A DNA stretch of 64,000 bases from Sulfurospirillaceae bacterium (GTDB taxonomy: Bacteria; Campylobacterota; Campylobacteria; Campylobacterales; Sulfurospirillaceae): NCBI GenBank assembly GCA_033723415.1, contig JAWVXD010000003.1, positions 256,001 through 320,000 of the forward strand, written 5' to 3'. Every line of letters begins with the position of its first letter. Position 1 is the first letter of the stretch. A program made the translations under genes and the position numbers. The notes under the pieces are model-generated. The model had not been told where the DNA came from, made no database searches, and saw nothing but the letters and a program-made list of their open reading frames with translations. Of this stretch, positions 1 through 8,522 are shown piece by piece.

Positions 1-2
1 CA

Positions 3-215
3 AAAGAGGTGTTACTCAAGACAAGCGGAAGTCAGAAATTTTCATTTGAAGGTGAGATATTAGATATACAAAAAGTTGATGTGATATATATAGCTATCAT
101 TGCTATAGGACAGCAGCTTGTTGAAGTAGTTATCAGTAGTCTTGAAGCTCAAAATTTAAAACCAGGACAGATAGTCAGAGTGAGCACAAAAGCCTTTATG
201 CCAACACTAGATTAA
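3..215 (+). CDS. 3' end (TOBE-like domain) of an ABC transporter ATP-binding protein, probably the molybdate ABC ATPase; 5'-truncated by the window edge
   Basis: The frame is open from the window start (KEVLLKTSGSQKFSFEGEILDI...). The alternating beta-strand pattern ending in V.V.TKAF resembles the C-terminal TOBE domain of ModC-type ATPases. Confidence 0.55.
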   Translation, partial: KEVLLKTSGSQKFSFEGEILDIQKVDVIYIAIIAIGQQLVEVVISSLEAQNLKPGQIVRVSTKAFMPTLD

Positions 216-317
216 AAGCAATCAACAATATAAAAATCAATACTTTTTTATTAAAAATAATTTTGTTAAGAAAGAAAGAGTATCATATCTGTATGAAATA
301 ATACAAAGGAGGATTAG

Positions 318-809
318 ATGAAACTCGATAAATGTATTTATATTGTTGGAGATTTGGGACATCTTAAGGTGTATAAAGTTGTAGATACTCTTGCTGAAAG
401 TCGACATGAAACCATGCAAGTCAGTCATATAAACAACAAAGGTGTGCAAAAGAAAGCAACTTCTTTAAAGAAAGTTATGGAACTTGATTATATATTGCCT
501 AGAAAAAATGAGCAAGAGTTGCAAAGTGACCAAATGGGACGTTTCTTATCGGGTTCGACTGCATCTACAGGAGAAGAGCACAATTTGAAAATTGAGCGTG
601 ATCAAAAGACACTTGAGTTGATTGCTCAAGATATTAAGAAAGTAATAGCTAAAGAAAGACCTTCTGTCTGGTATCTCTCTTTTTCAAAAAAAATGTACGG
701 TAAACTTAATGGTATGTTAGATGAAGATATTAAAAAAACACTGAAAAAAACTTTACCTTTAAATTTAACAAAAACACCTAAAGATGAGTTGCTTTCTCAT
801 TTTGCGTAA
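318..809 (+). CDS. Host-attachment / baeRF12-like (aeRF1-related) family protein
   Basis: 163 aa with a strong RBS (aaggagg). Shows N-terminal IxxVGDxG, central L.SD..GRF and C-terminal L..NLTK.P..ELL.HF, typical of the Host_attach family. Confidence 0.6.
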   Translation: MKLDKCIYIVGDLGHLKVYKVVDTLAESRHETMQVSHINNKGVQKKATSLKKVMELDYILPRKNEQELQSDQMGRFLSGSTASTGEEHNLKIERDQKTLELIAQDIKKVIAKERPSVWYLSFSKKMYGKLNGMLDEDIKKTLKKTLPLNLTKTPKDELLSHFA

Positions 810-819
810 AAAATATTTC

Positions 820-856
820 TAAATCAGCGCCTAATTATATAATAGGCGCTGATTTA
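820..856. terminator. Bidirectional intrinsic terminator between convergent genes
   Basis: 14-bp perfect inverted repeat taaatcagcgccta / taggcgctgattta lying between the stops at 809 and 857. Confidence 0.8.
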
Positions 857-2479
857 TCAAGCGTGATATGCTCTTTTTTCAATATCTAATCTATCAAATA
901 AAGATAGAATATTGTCATAATCTGTATGTAATGCAGTATCTATCAAAAAATCTTTTTTTTCTAATATAGCTTTGGCTTTCTTGACTTTTTCTTCTGTAAA
1001 AATGGAATAAAGAGCTTTTTCATAATCGCTCCAGATGAGTTTGTCTTGATTTATCCTGATAATCTCTGCCAAAATTTTGCACATAATATTGTCACTTGAT
1101 TCTAAAAGCCAAAGTGCTTCTTCACTGTCGTTATTTAGGATATATATCTGAGCTTTGAATTCAAGCATCGTAAAGTTCTTTTGAAATATAACACCTATAT
1201 ATCTTTCGATATTTAGTGAGTCATCTAGCGCTTCAATAACATTTAGAATATCTGCCGGATCGTATTTTGTAAAATTCAAAACCATGTCACGGATCAACTT
1301 TCCATTGTTCTTATTGTTGTAGATCATATCGTCTATCGGATATATCTCGGAAACTCCGGGGACAATGACCTGACAGGAATAAAATCCTAGATAATTGTAT
1401 TCTCGCAGATATATCTCTTTATCCATGTGATGTAAGATTTGAGTAAGGTACTCATATTCTGCATCATTTCCTGATTTGTCGTATTTCCAAGGGACATAAT
1501 CAAAACTCTTTTGTGAATTTAAAAAGCCAAAGCCAATCTTTCCATTTGAATCTATAAAGTGAGCTTCCAGATTAAAATTGTCAGATACGATATCCATATC
1601 AAAGGTCGGAGTCTCAAAAGCATCAAGATCATCTAGATCACGTCCTTGCATGAGCTCTGTCATTGTGCGTTCAAGTGAGACTTGCAAAATAGGGTGCGCC
1701 CCAAATGAAACAAATAACGTAGAATTCTTGGGATTTATCAAAGATATCGCAGTCACAGGGTACAATCCTCCAAGGGATGCATCTAAAACTTCTACCAAAT
1801 ATCCAAGGTCTCGCAAACGTGTGATGTCTTCATATAATTTGTCAAATGATTGGATGATCGCATCAGGAAAGCTAGGAAGCGCGTAGCCGTTTTTGATGAT
1901 CTCCATCTTTGCATATCTCTCAAAAATCTCGCTAAGTGCTTGAACTTTTGCTTCTAGGGGCGTATTGCCTGTCGCCAAGCCATTGCTCACATAAAGATTA
2001 CTCAAGATATTGAGTGGAAAATATACCTTCTCATCAGTGTCTGCGTTTAAAAATGGCAAAGAAACGATCTTCTCGGTATGATCACTGTTATAATCGATCA
2101 AATCTTCCAAGCTTTGCTCGCTATTTGGATTGTATATTTTTTGTAATTTTTCATTTAGGTAATCCCCGCCAAAATCAAAAGTGAGTGCATCAGGATAGTA
2201 ATCCCGCTTAGGCAAATGAAAATCTATAAAGAAATTATTTGTTTGAAGCCTTTCTATATATTCTCCCAAAGCGCTCGCCTGTGAAGCATCGGAGATGATT
2301 CCTTTGCCATTTGAATATATGTGATTTGGAGCTTCTACTGAAGCTAGATTTACTGAATAACAATTTTTCAAAGGATGCTTTTCTTGTGAAAACGTTGTCT
2401 CACATTTGACTTTTTTGAGTGCTTTTTGCATATTTTTGATAGATTCTTTTAGGGGAGCATTTTTTGATAGGAAGTTCAT
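857..2479 (-). CDS. ycaO: YcaO-like family protein (E. coli YcaO type)
   Basis: Motifs NGKG, ASALGEYIER, SNGLATGN, ALSEIFERY, FGAHP, LERTMTELMQGR and IVPGVSEIYP. Confidence 0.85.
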   Translation of the reverse strand: MNFLSKNAPLKESIKNMQKALKKVKCETTFSQEKHPLKNCYSVNLASVEAPNHIYSNGKGIISDASQASALGEYIERLQTNNFFIDFHLPKRDYYPDALTFDFGGDYLNEKLQKIYNPNSEQSLEDLIDYNSDHTEKIVSLPFLNADTDEKVYFPLNILSNLYVSNGLATGNTPLEAKVQALSEIFERYAKMEIIKNGYALPSFPDAIIQSFDKLYEDITRLRDLGYLVEVLDASLGGLYPVTAISLINPKNSTLFVSFGAHPILQVSLERTMTELMQGRDLDDLDAFETPTFDMDIVSDNFNLEAHFIDSNGKIGFGFLNSQKSFDYVPWKYDKSGNDAEYEYLTQILHHMDKEIYLREYNYLGFYSCQVIVPGVSEIYPIDDMIYNNKNNGKLIRDMVLNFTKYDPADILNVIEALDDSLNIERYIGVIFQKNFTMLEFKAQIYILNNDSEEALWLLESSDNIMCKILAEIIRINQDKLIWSDYEKALYSIFTEEKVKKAKAILEKKDFLIDTALHTDYDNILSLFDRLDIEKRAYHA

Positions 2480-2504
2480 ATTTTTTCTTTTTGGTATATA
2501 AATT

Positions 2505-3791
2505 TTAGCGCATTATATCTGGTTTTATCATAATTCCTTCAATTTTATTTATAAGTAGCGAGTTGACATCGACATCACTGAGGTTTTTCCCAATATATAA
2601 GGTAGATATGATTGTTTTACCGATAACGTATCTGCCTTCTTTGCCCCCATCATCTGTGCGGATTCCCCATAAGTCGTGCATGACCATGGCTTTTTTATCT
2701 TTCTCTCCTATATAGAGCATAATATGACCTTTTAGGTAGATAAGGCTAACAAAAGGGATGCCGTTTTTAAGAATCTCTTTCTCTTTTTCTTTAGGAGTGA
2801 GTCCCTTTAGAGAAAGGTATTGACCTGCATTTTTTTGAGCAGCGGAGTTTCTAGGCAACCATATGCCAAATACTGCCATGAAGTCCTTGGTCATAGCAGA
2901 ACAGTCTCGATTTCCTAGATATCCTCCCCATCCATATTTTTTGTCTAAAAGTTGTTGACTGATTTTTAGAACATTTTGTGCATTGAACGTGATAGGCATC
3001 ACTCCTGCATTGTTTTTGAGTATTCTGACTTCAATTTTTTTACCAAAATTCTGTAGTGTATTGATGAAAATATATGAATAATAAAATAACTCATCTTCCC
3101 TGACATATGGAAATATCGCTCCCAATTTTACTTTGGTTATATACCTTTGATCCTTCGTATATATTGGTGTATCATCTCTTGATATCACTATTTTTTTGCT
3201 ATTTTCAAAGCTCTCTTTTTGCTTTTTGTTTAGTACGACTAAACTGCCGGTAGGAATCCATCCCACAGAGAAAGGATTTTGCACAAAAGCCCAAGAGCCG
3301 TCATCTGAAAAGTGCGATATGAAAAGAGGGGTATTTATGTGAATTCTGGAATTTTGCAAGTAATCAAAAGGGTAGCCTTCTCCAGGCAGATTTGTTTGCT
3401 CAAAAAATGGTTTTATTGTCGGTAATTCTCTCAATTGCTCATTTCTTATAGTTATGGCATATCGGTCATCACTGTTGTAATCATCAAAGTTGGTTGTGTT
3501 TATGATCTTTTGGATTTGCTCTTTTTTCCAAGGCAGAATATTTTCACCGTAGTATTTATTTTCTTTGTCAAAATGTTGATTTGCCCAAGAGGCAGTTTGT
3601 TTATCAAGTGACATAGAAGTTATATGCCAAGGCATATAGTACTGTGAGTCAAAGTATTCCATATTGATACTTTGAGGGTTAACTTCTTGTACCAAACTTG
3701 TAATACTATTGTTATAAAGCAGGATTTGCGGTTTTGGAGCGCATCCTGCAAATAAAAGTAAAAGAAGCGTTAAGTTTATTATTGTTTTCAT
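2505..3791 (-). CDS. NlpC/P60 family lipoprotein (peptidoglycan endopeptidase with SH3-like domains)
   Basis: Lipobox LFAGC; catalytic motifs YGWGG...RDCSA, LPRNS..Q and GHIMLYIG. Confidence 0.85.
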   Translation of the reverse strand: MKTIINLTLLLLLFAGCAPKPQILLYNNSITSLVQEVNPQSINMEYFDSQYYMPWHITSMSLDKQTASWANQHFDKENKYYGENILPWKKEQIQKIINTTNFDDYNSDDRYAITIRNEQLRELPTIKPFFEQTNLPGEGYPFDYLQNSRIHINTPLFISHFSDDGSWAFVQNPFSVGWIPTGSLVVLNKKQKESFENSKKIVISRDDTPIYTKDQRYITKVKLGAIFPYVREDELFYYSYIFINTLQNFGKKIEVRILKNNAGVMPITFNAQNVLKISQQLLDKKYGWGGYLGNRDCSAMTKDFMAVFGIWLPRNSAAQKNAGQYLSLKGLTPKEKEKEILKNGIPFVSLIYLKGHIMLYIGEKDKKAMVMHDLWGIRTDDGGKEGRYVIGKTIISTLYIGKNLSDVDVNSLLINKIEGIMIKPDIMR

Positions 3792-3813
3792 AAGCCAAAT
3801 AGTATCAAAAATT

Positions 3814-4437
3814 TTATTTGATTGAAGTTAGTGCTTCTTTTGATAGTTTGGTTATAAGCTTAAAATTTTTCTCTTTTATAGCAGATTTTGGAGTGATCCA
3901 ACTGCCTCCTATACATAAAACATTTTTTAATTTTAAAAAATCTTTTAAATTGCTTAGATTTACGCCTCCTGTCGGACAAAAATTCATCTTTGGGAAAGGT
4001 CCTCCGTATGATTTGAGCGCATCTACTCCTCCCACAGTCGTTGCAGGGAACAGTTTACAATAAAAGATGTCGTTGTTTTGTGCAAACATGATCTCAGAAG
4101 CTGTAGCAACACCTGGAATAAGGGCTACATCTGTTTTTTTTGAGTAGTCTATCAATTCTTGATTGATACCTGGAGAAAAGACAAATTTTGCTCCACTGTT
4201 TATGGAGTTTTTAAAATCTTTTTTATTTGTGACAGTTCCTGCTCCAACGTGCATATCAGGTACTATCTTAGCTATCTTTTCTATAGATCTTAGTCCGGCA
4301 TCTGTTCTAAGCGTTATCTCCATGATCTGGATACCGGCTTCTAACAAAGCTAAAGCCAGAGGTACTGCATTGTTTACATCATCCAATGCTATAACAGGAA
4401 CTATAGGTGAAATCTCCATGATCTCTTTTGCTTTCAT
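3814..4437 (-). CDS. eda: KDPG/KHG aldolase
   Basis: EITLRT, GAGTV, PGVATASE, KLFPA and FCPTGGV motifs; 4-nt overlap with edd. Confidence 0.95.
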   Translation of the reverse strand: MKAKEIMEISPIVPVIALDDVNNAVPLALALLEAGIQIMEITLRTDAGLRSIEKIAKIVPDMHVGAGTVTNKKDFKNSINSGAKFVFSPGINQELIDYSKKTDVALIPGVATASEIMFAQNNDIFYCKLFPATTVGGVDALKSYGGPFPKMNFCPTGGVNLSNLKDFLKLKNVLCIGGSWITPKSAIKEKNFKLITKLSKEALTSIK

Positions 4438-6263
4438 GATTTTTCCTCAGTGATTAAATTAAATATACCGGCACCGTCTTCTGCTTGATTTACATTTTGT
4501 CTGGTATTGGCAAACAATTCTCTTCCAAAACCGTGTTGGTTTTTCTTTAAATCTGGAATAGATTGGACTCTGTTGTTAAATTCTTGCTCATCTACCAAAA
4601 CTGAAATCTCACTTTTTTGGATATCAAATCTTATCTTATCTCCGGTTCTGATTTTATCCAATGCCCCGCCACTCAGGGCTTCTGGAGTAAAATGCAGGGC
4701 AGCTGGGACTTTACCGCTGGCTCCTGACATCCTTCCATCTGTAATGATAGCTACTTTGTATCCCTTGTCTTGCAAAACTCCAAGAGGAGGCATAAGTCCG
4801 TGAAGTTCAGGCATTCCATTTGCTTTTGGTCCTTGATATTTTACTATTGCAATAAAGTCTTTTTCCAACAACCCCGCTTTAAAAGCAGCTTGTAGTTCTT
4901 TTTGTGATTCAAAAACTATGGCATCTGCTATGATGAGTTGATTATCATTTTTAAGTGCAGATGTTTTTATGATACTTCTTCCAAGAGAACTTTTTATAAG
5001 CTTTAGACCTCCCTCAGGGCTAAAGGGTGAATCAAATGATGATATAACATCTTTGTTCTTGGAATTTTTAAACCCGGGTTTGAACATAAGTTCTCCATCT
5101 TCAAGACACGGTTCTACTATATAATTATTCAAACCTTTGCCTACTATCGTTTCTACATCCTCATGCAATAGATCAGCGGATAAAAGTTGATATATTACGG
5201 TAGCCATACCTCCGGCATCTCGAAAAGCATTGACATCAGCACTTCCGTTTGGATACATCTTGCAAAGAAGAGGCGTGACCTTTGATATGGCATCAAAATC
5301 ATCCCAATTTATAACAATCCCGGCAGCCTTTGCCATCGCAATGAGGTGAATTGTGTGATTTGTTGAGCCTCCTGTTGCCATAAGTCCTATGATTGCATTG
5401 ACGAAACTTCTTTCATCTATGATATCTGAGATCGGTTTGTAATTTTTTGATAACTGTGTCATGTTCAAGATATTTTTTGCCCCATATTTAGTTAATTCTT
5501 CTCTAAGAGGGGTATTTGCATTGACAAATGAGCTGTTTGGCAGCTGTAGTCCAAACATCTCCATAAGCATTTGATTTGAGTTTGCCGTGCCGTAAAACGT
5601 ACAAGTTCCGCAATCATGATAAGAAGCGGATTCTGCTTGTAGCAACTCTTTTTGAGTGATCTTCCCTTCAGCATACTCTTGTCTTATCTTGGCTTTTTCA
5701 GAGTTGCTTATACCTGAAGTCATTGGTCCTGCCGGCATAAAGGTTACAGGGAGATGACCAAAAGTCATAGCAGCTATAAAAAGACCCGGGACTATTTTAT
5801 CGCAGACACCTAGATATATCGCTCCATCAAAGGCATTATGAGTTAGAGCTATAGCTGCAGCTTGAGCTATGATATCACGGCTGAACAAACTAAGTTCCAT
5901 ACCTGGTTGAGACTGTGTTATGCCATCACACATTGCCGGAACTCCTCCTGCAACCTGAGCAGTTGCGCCTGATTTGGAAAGAGTTTCTTTGATGATATCA
6001 GGATATGTCTTAAGAGGTTGATGTGCTGATAGCATATCATTGTAGGCGGTGACTATGGCAATATTTGGCGTTTGCATTGCAATCATTGACGATTTGTCAT
6101 GTGCGTTCATAGCAGCCATCGTATGTGCGAGATTACTACAACTTAACCTTTTTCGATTGACATCATTATATTTTGCTCTGTTCATTTGCTCTAAGTAAAT
6201 ATATCTACTTTTTTTGGATCGTTCTATTATGTTTTCTGTAACTTTTTTGATAGTTTTATTCAC
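4434..6263 (-). CDS. edd: 6-phosphogluconate dehydratase
   Basis: YNDMLSAHQP, GGVPAMCDG, CDKIVPG, GTCTFYGTANSNQM, TGGSTNH and TDGRMSGASG motifs. Confidence 0.96.
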   Translation of the reverse strand: MNKTIKKVTENIIERSKKSRYIYLEQMNRAKYNDVNRKRLSCSNLAHTMAAMNAHDKSSMIAMQTPNIAIVTAYNDMLSAHQPLKTYPDIIKETLSKSGATAQVAGGVPAMCDGITQSQPGMELSLFSRDIIAQAAAIALTHNAFDGAIYLGVCDKIVPGLFIAAMTFGHLPVTFMPAGPMTSGISNSEKAKIRQEYAEGKITQKELLQAESASYHDCGTCTFYGTANSNQMLMEMFGLQLPNSSFVNANTPLREELTKYGAKNILNMTQLSKNYKPISDIIDERSFVNAIIGLMATGGSTNHTIHLIAMAKAAGIVINWDDFDAISKVTPLLCKMYPNGSADVNAFRDAGGMATVIYQLLSADLLHEDVETIVGKGLNNYIVEPCLEDGELMFKPGFKNSKNKDVISSFDSPFSPEGGLKLIKSSLGRSIIKTSALKNDNQLIIADAIVFESQKELQAAFKAGLLEKDFIAIVKYQGPKANGMPELHGLMPPLGVLQDKGYKVAIITDGRMSGASGKVPAALHFTPEALSGGALDKIRTGDKIRFDIQKSEISVLVDEQEFNNRVQSIPDLKKNQHGFGRELFANTRQNVNQAEDGAGIFNLITEEKS

Positions 6264-6954
6264 AATAATAAACCTTTATATCTTTTTCCTCTTGATTTAA
6301 AATGGCTAGAATAGGCATATTATACTCATCGTTTGTGCTCAGCGCCTTTTGAAAAACAGCAGTTTTTGTTTTACCTTCAAAATGAAGATAAATATTTTTG
6401 GCACTTAAAATAGCTAATTTTGTCAGGCTCATCCTTAAATGCGGAGCAGTTTGAGGTTTTATGGCTATACAGAGATTTTCAAGATTTTGTGTGTAGGCAT
6501 CTCTAAGTTTTTCATTGTTTGGGAATAGTGATGCCGTATGTGCATCACTGCCTAATCCTAATATTATTACATCAAAAGGAAACAGTTCAGCTTTGATCTT
6601 TTGTGAGCAAAGATCTACCGCTTCATTTATAGGTATATCTTCATACATGCCTATAAATTTGGCTGTTTTGGCTTTATGTTTTAACAAATATTCTCTAACC
6701 ATTTTTTCGTTACTGTCTTTATGCGTAGGATTAACCCAACGCTCATCACAAAGACCTATAGTTACTTTTTCCCAAAGTATATTTGCCCTGCTTAAAATCT
6801 CGAAAAGAGGTTTGGGGGTATTGCCTCCCGATACCATCAATGTTGCTTGTCCATTTCGTTTTATAGCATCTTTCAAATCTCTTGCAATGTTATTGCTAAG
6901 ATCTTCTATCAGCATGTCTTTATCGTTATATTTATATACTATTCTACTCATCAT
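6256..6954 (-). CDS. pgl: 6-phosphogluconolactonase
   Basis: VSGGNTP, DERWV and LGLGSDAHTASLFP motifs. Start moved to the ATG at 6954 (or 6951), which overlaps the zwf end. Confidence 0.93.
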   Translation of the reverse strand: MMSRIVYKYNDKDMLIEDLSNNIARDLKDAIKRNGQATLMVSGGNTPKPLFEILSRANILWEKVTIGLCDERWVNPTHKDSNEKMVREYLLKHKAKTAKFIGMYEDIPINEAVDLCSQKIKAELFPFDVIILGLGSDAHTASLFPNNEKLRDAYTQNLENLCIAIKPQTAPHLRMSLTKLAILSAKNIYLHFEGKTKTAVFQKALSTNDEYNMPILAILNQEEKDIKVYYCE

Positions 6955-8410
6955 ACCAACTTCTTGCATCTTGTGCGATTAATTGTATCGCGGCACTTGG
7001 ACCATCAGTTCCTGCACTATATGTTCTCATCGGCGTAAAGTTTTGCTCCCAGCCTTCTAAGATTATATCTGTCCATTTCCAAGCAGCCTCGACTTCATCA
7101 AGACGCATAAACAATGTCGGGTTTGAATGTATCACATCTAAAAGCAATCTTTGATATGCTTCTGATTTTCTAGTTTTGATTTTTGGGGCATTTAATTCAA
7201 GATCAACTTGTTGCAGGCGCATTTGTCCTGTGATCTCAGGTATCTTATTCATAAGTTTTAGTTTGATACTCTCTTTAGGCTGTAGTGAAATCACAAGTTT
7301 GTTTTCAGAGATACAGTTCCCATTGTTCGGAAATATCGAGTATGGTATTTTTTTAAATTGGATAACGATTTCAGAGTTTTTTTTGCTCATACGTTTACCG
7401 CTTCTGAGATAAAAAGGAACACCGTTCCATCTCCAATTGTCTATATCTACTCTAAGTGCCGCAAAAGTTTCCGTATTACTTCCTTCATTTGAACCATCAC
7501 CTTCCAAATATCCGACAACAAGTTCTCCGTCACTTGAACCGCTATTGTATTGGGCCCTAACTGTTCTTTGTCTTATATCTTCAGGTGTCATCTTACGAAG
7601 AGAGCGTAAGACTTTTACTTTCTCATCCCTGACGCTATCAGCTTCTAGTGAACAAGGCGGCTCCATCGCTATAAGACATAGAAGTTGCATCAAATGATTT
7701 TGTATCATGTCACGCAGTGCACCATATTCGTCATAATATCCCCATCTTCCTTCAACTCCTACACTTTCAGCTACGGTGATCTGTACATGATCTATATTGT
7801 TTGCATCCCAAAGAGGCATAAATAAACGATTTGAAAATCTTAGAGCCAAGATATTTTGCACAGTATCTTTGCCAAGATAGTGATCAATTCTATATATTTG
7901 TTTTTCATCAAAGTATCTCAATACTTCTTTATTTATTATTCTTGATGATTCAAGATCTCTTCCTATAGGTTTTTCTAGAACAACTCTGCTTTTGTTATTT
8001 ATGAGTTTAAATTTACTTAAAGACTTGCATATAGAGCCAAAAAAATCTGATGAAGTTGAGAGATAGTATATCCTGTCTCTCTTTGTCTCATCTTCTAATA
8101 GCTTTTTTAGATGTTCAAAGCTTTTTTCTTGGTCAAAATCTATCTTTGAGAGATACAATTGTTTGCTGAATTGTTGAAATTTTTGATTATCAAATTCTCC
8201 TTCAGGCAAAAATTCTATAAGCTTTTCTTTTATCAATTCCAAATGTTCAGCATTTTCCATATTACGTCTTGAAATTATAATGATCCTGCTTTCAATATCA
8301 AGATAGTTATCGTTATAGAGGTGGTAGAGTGCAGGTATTAGTTTTCTAAATGATAAATCACCATGTCCGCCAAAAATCATAATGTCACATAAGTTTTCAT
8401 TGTCTTTCAC
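6944..8410 (-). CDS. zwf: Glucose-6-phosphate 1-dehydrogenase
   Basis: FGGHGDL, EKPIG, RIDHYLGK, RDMIQNHL and RWNGVPFYLRSGK motifs; GTG start with an aggag RBS. Confidence 0.96.
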   Translation of the reverse strand: MKDNENLCDIMIFGGHGDLSFRKLIPALYHLYNDNYLDIESRIIIISRRNMENAEHLELIKEKLIEFLPEGEFDNQKFQQFSKQLYLSKIDFDQEKSFEHLKKLLEDETKRDRIYYLSTSSDFFGSICKSLSKFKLINNKSRVVLEKPIGRDLESSRIINKEVLRYFDEKQIYRIDHYLGKDTVQNILALRFSNRLFMPLWDANNIDHVQITVAESVGVEGRWGYYDEYGALRDMIQNHLMQLLCLIAMEPPCSLEADSVRDEKVKVLRSLRKMTPEDIRQRTVRAQYNSGSSDGELVVGYLEGDGSNEGSNTETFAALRVDIDNWRWNGVPFYLRSGKRMSKKNSEIVIQFKKIPYSIFPNNGNCISENKLVISLQPKESIKLKLMNKIPEITGQMRLQQVDLELNAPKIKTRKSEAYQRLLLDVIHSNPTLFMRLDEVEAAWKWTDIILEGWEQNFTPMRTYSAGTDGPSAAIQLIAQDARSWYDE

Positions 8411-8522
8411 GAAATCTCCTAATTTGTATATTTCGGTCTAGTTTGACGTATGTAACTATTATAGCCAAAGTTTGAATATATATTATTAACAAAAAGCACA
8501 TTTTTTAGGCAAATAAACGAAT

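Noticed and set aside
857..2479. YcaO as a RiPP (azole/thioamide) biosynthetic cluster
   Set aside because: No precursor peptide, TfuA, E1-like partner, dehydrogenase or exporter nearby; motifs fit the stand-alone E. coli YcaO type.
8450..8465. HexR-like operator at the zwf promoter (tgtaactattata)
   Set aside because: Only a partial palindrome that overlaps the -10 box, and no hexR/RpiR gene is in the window.
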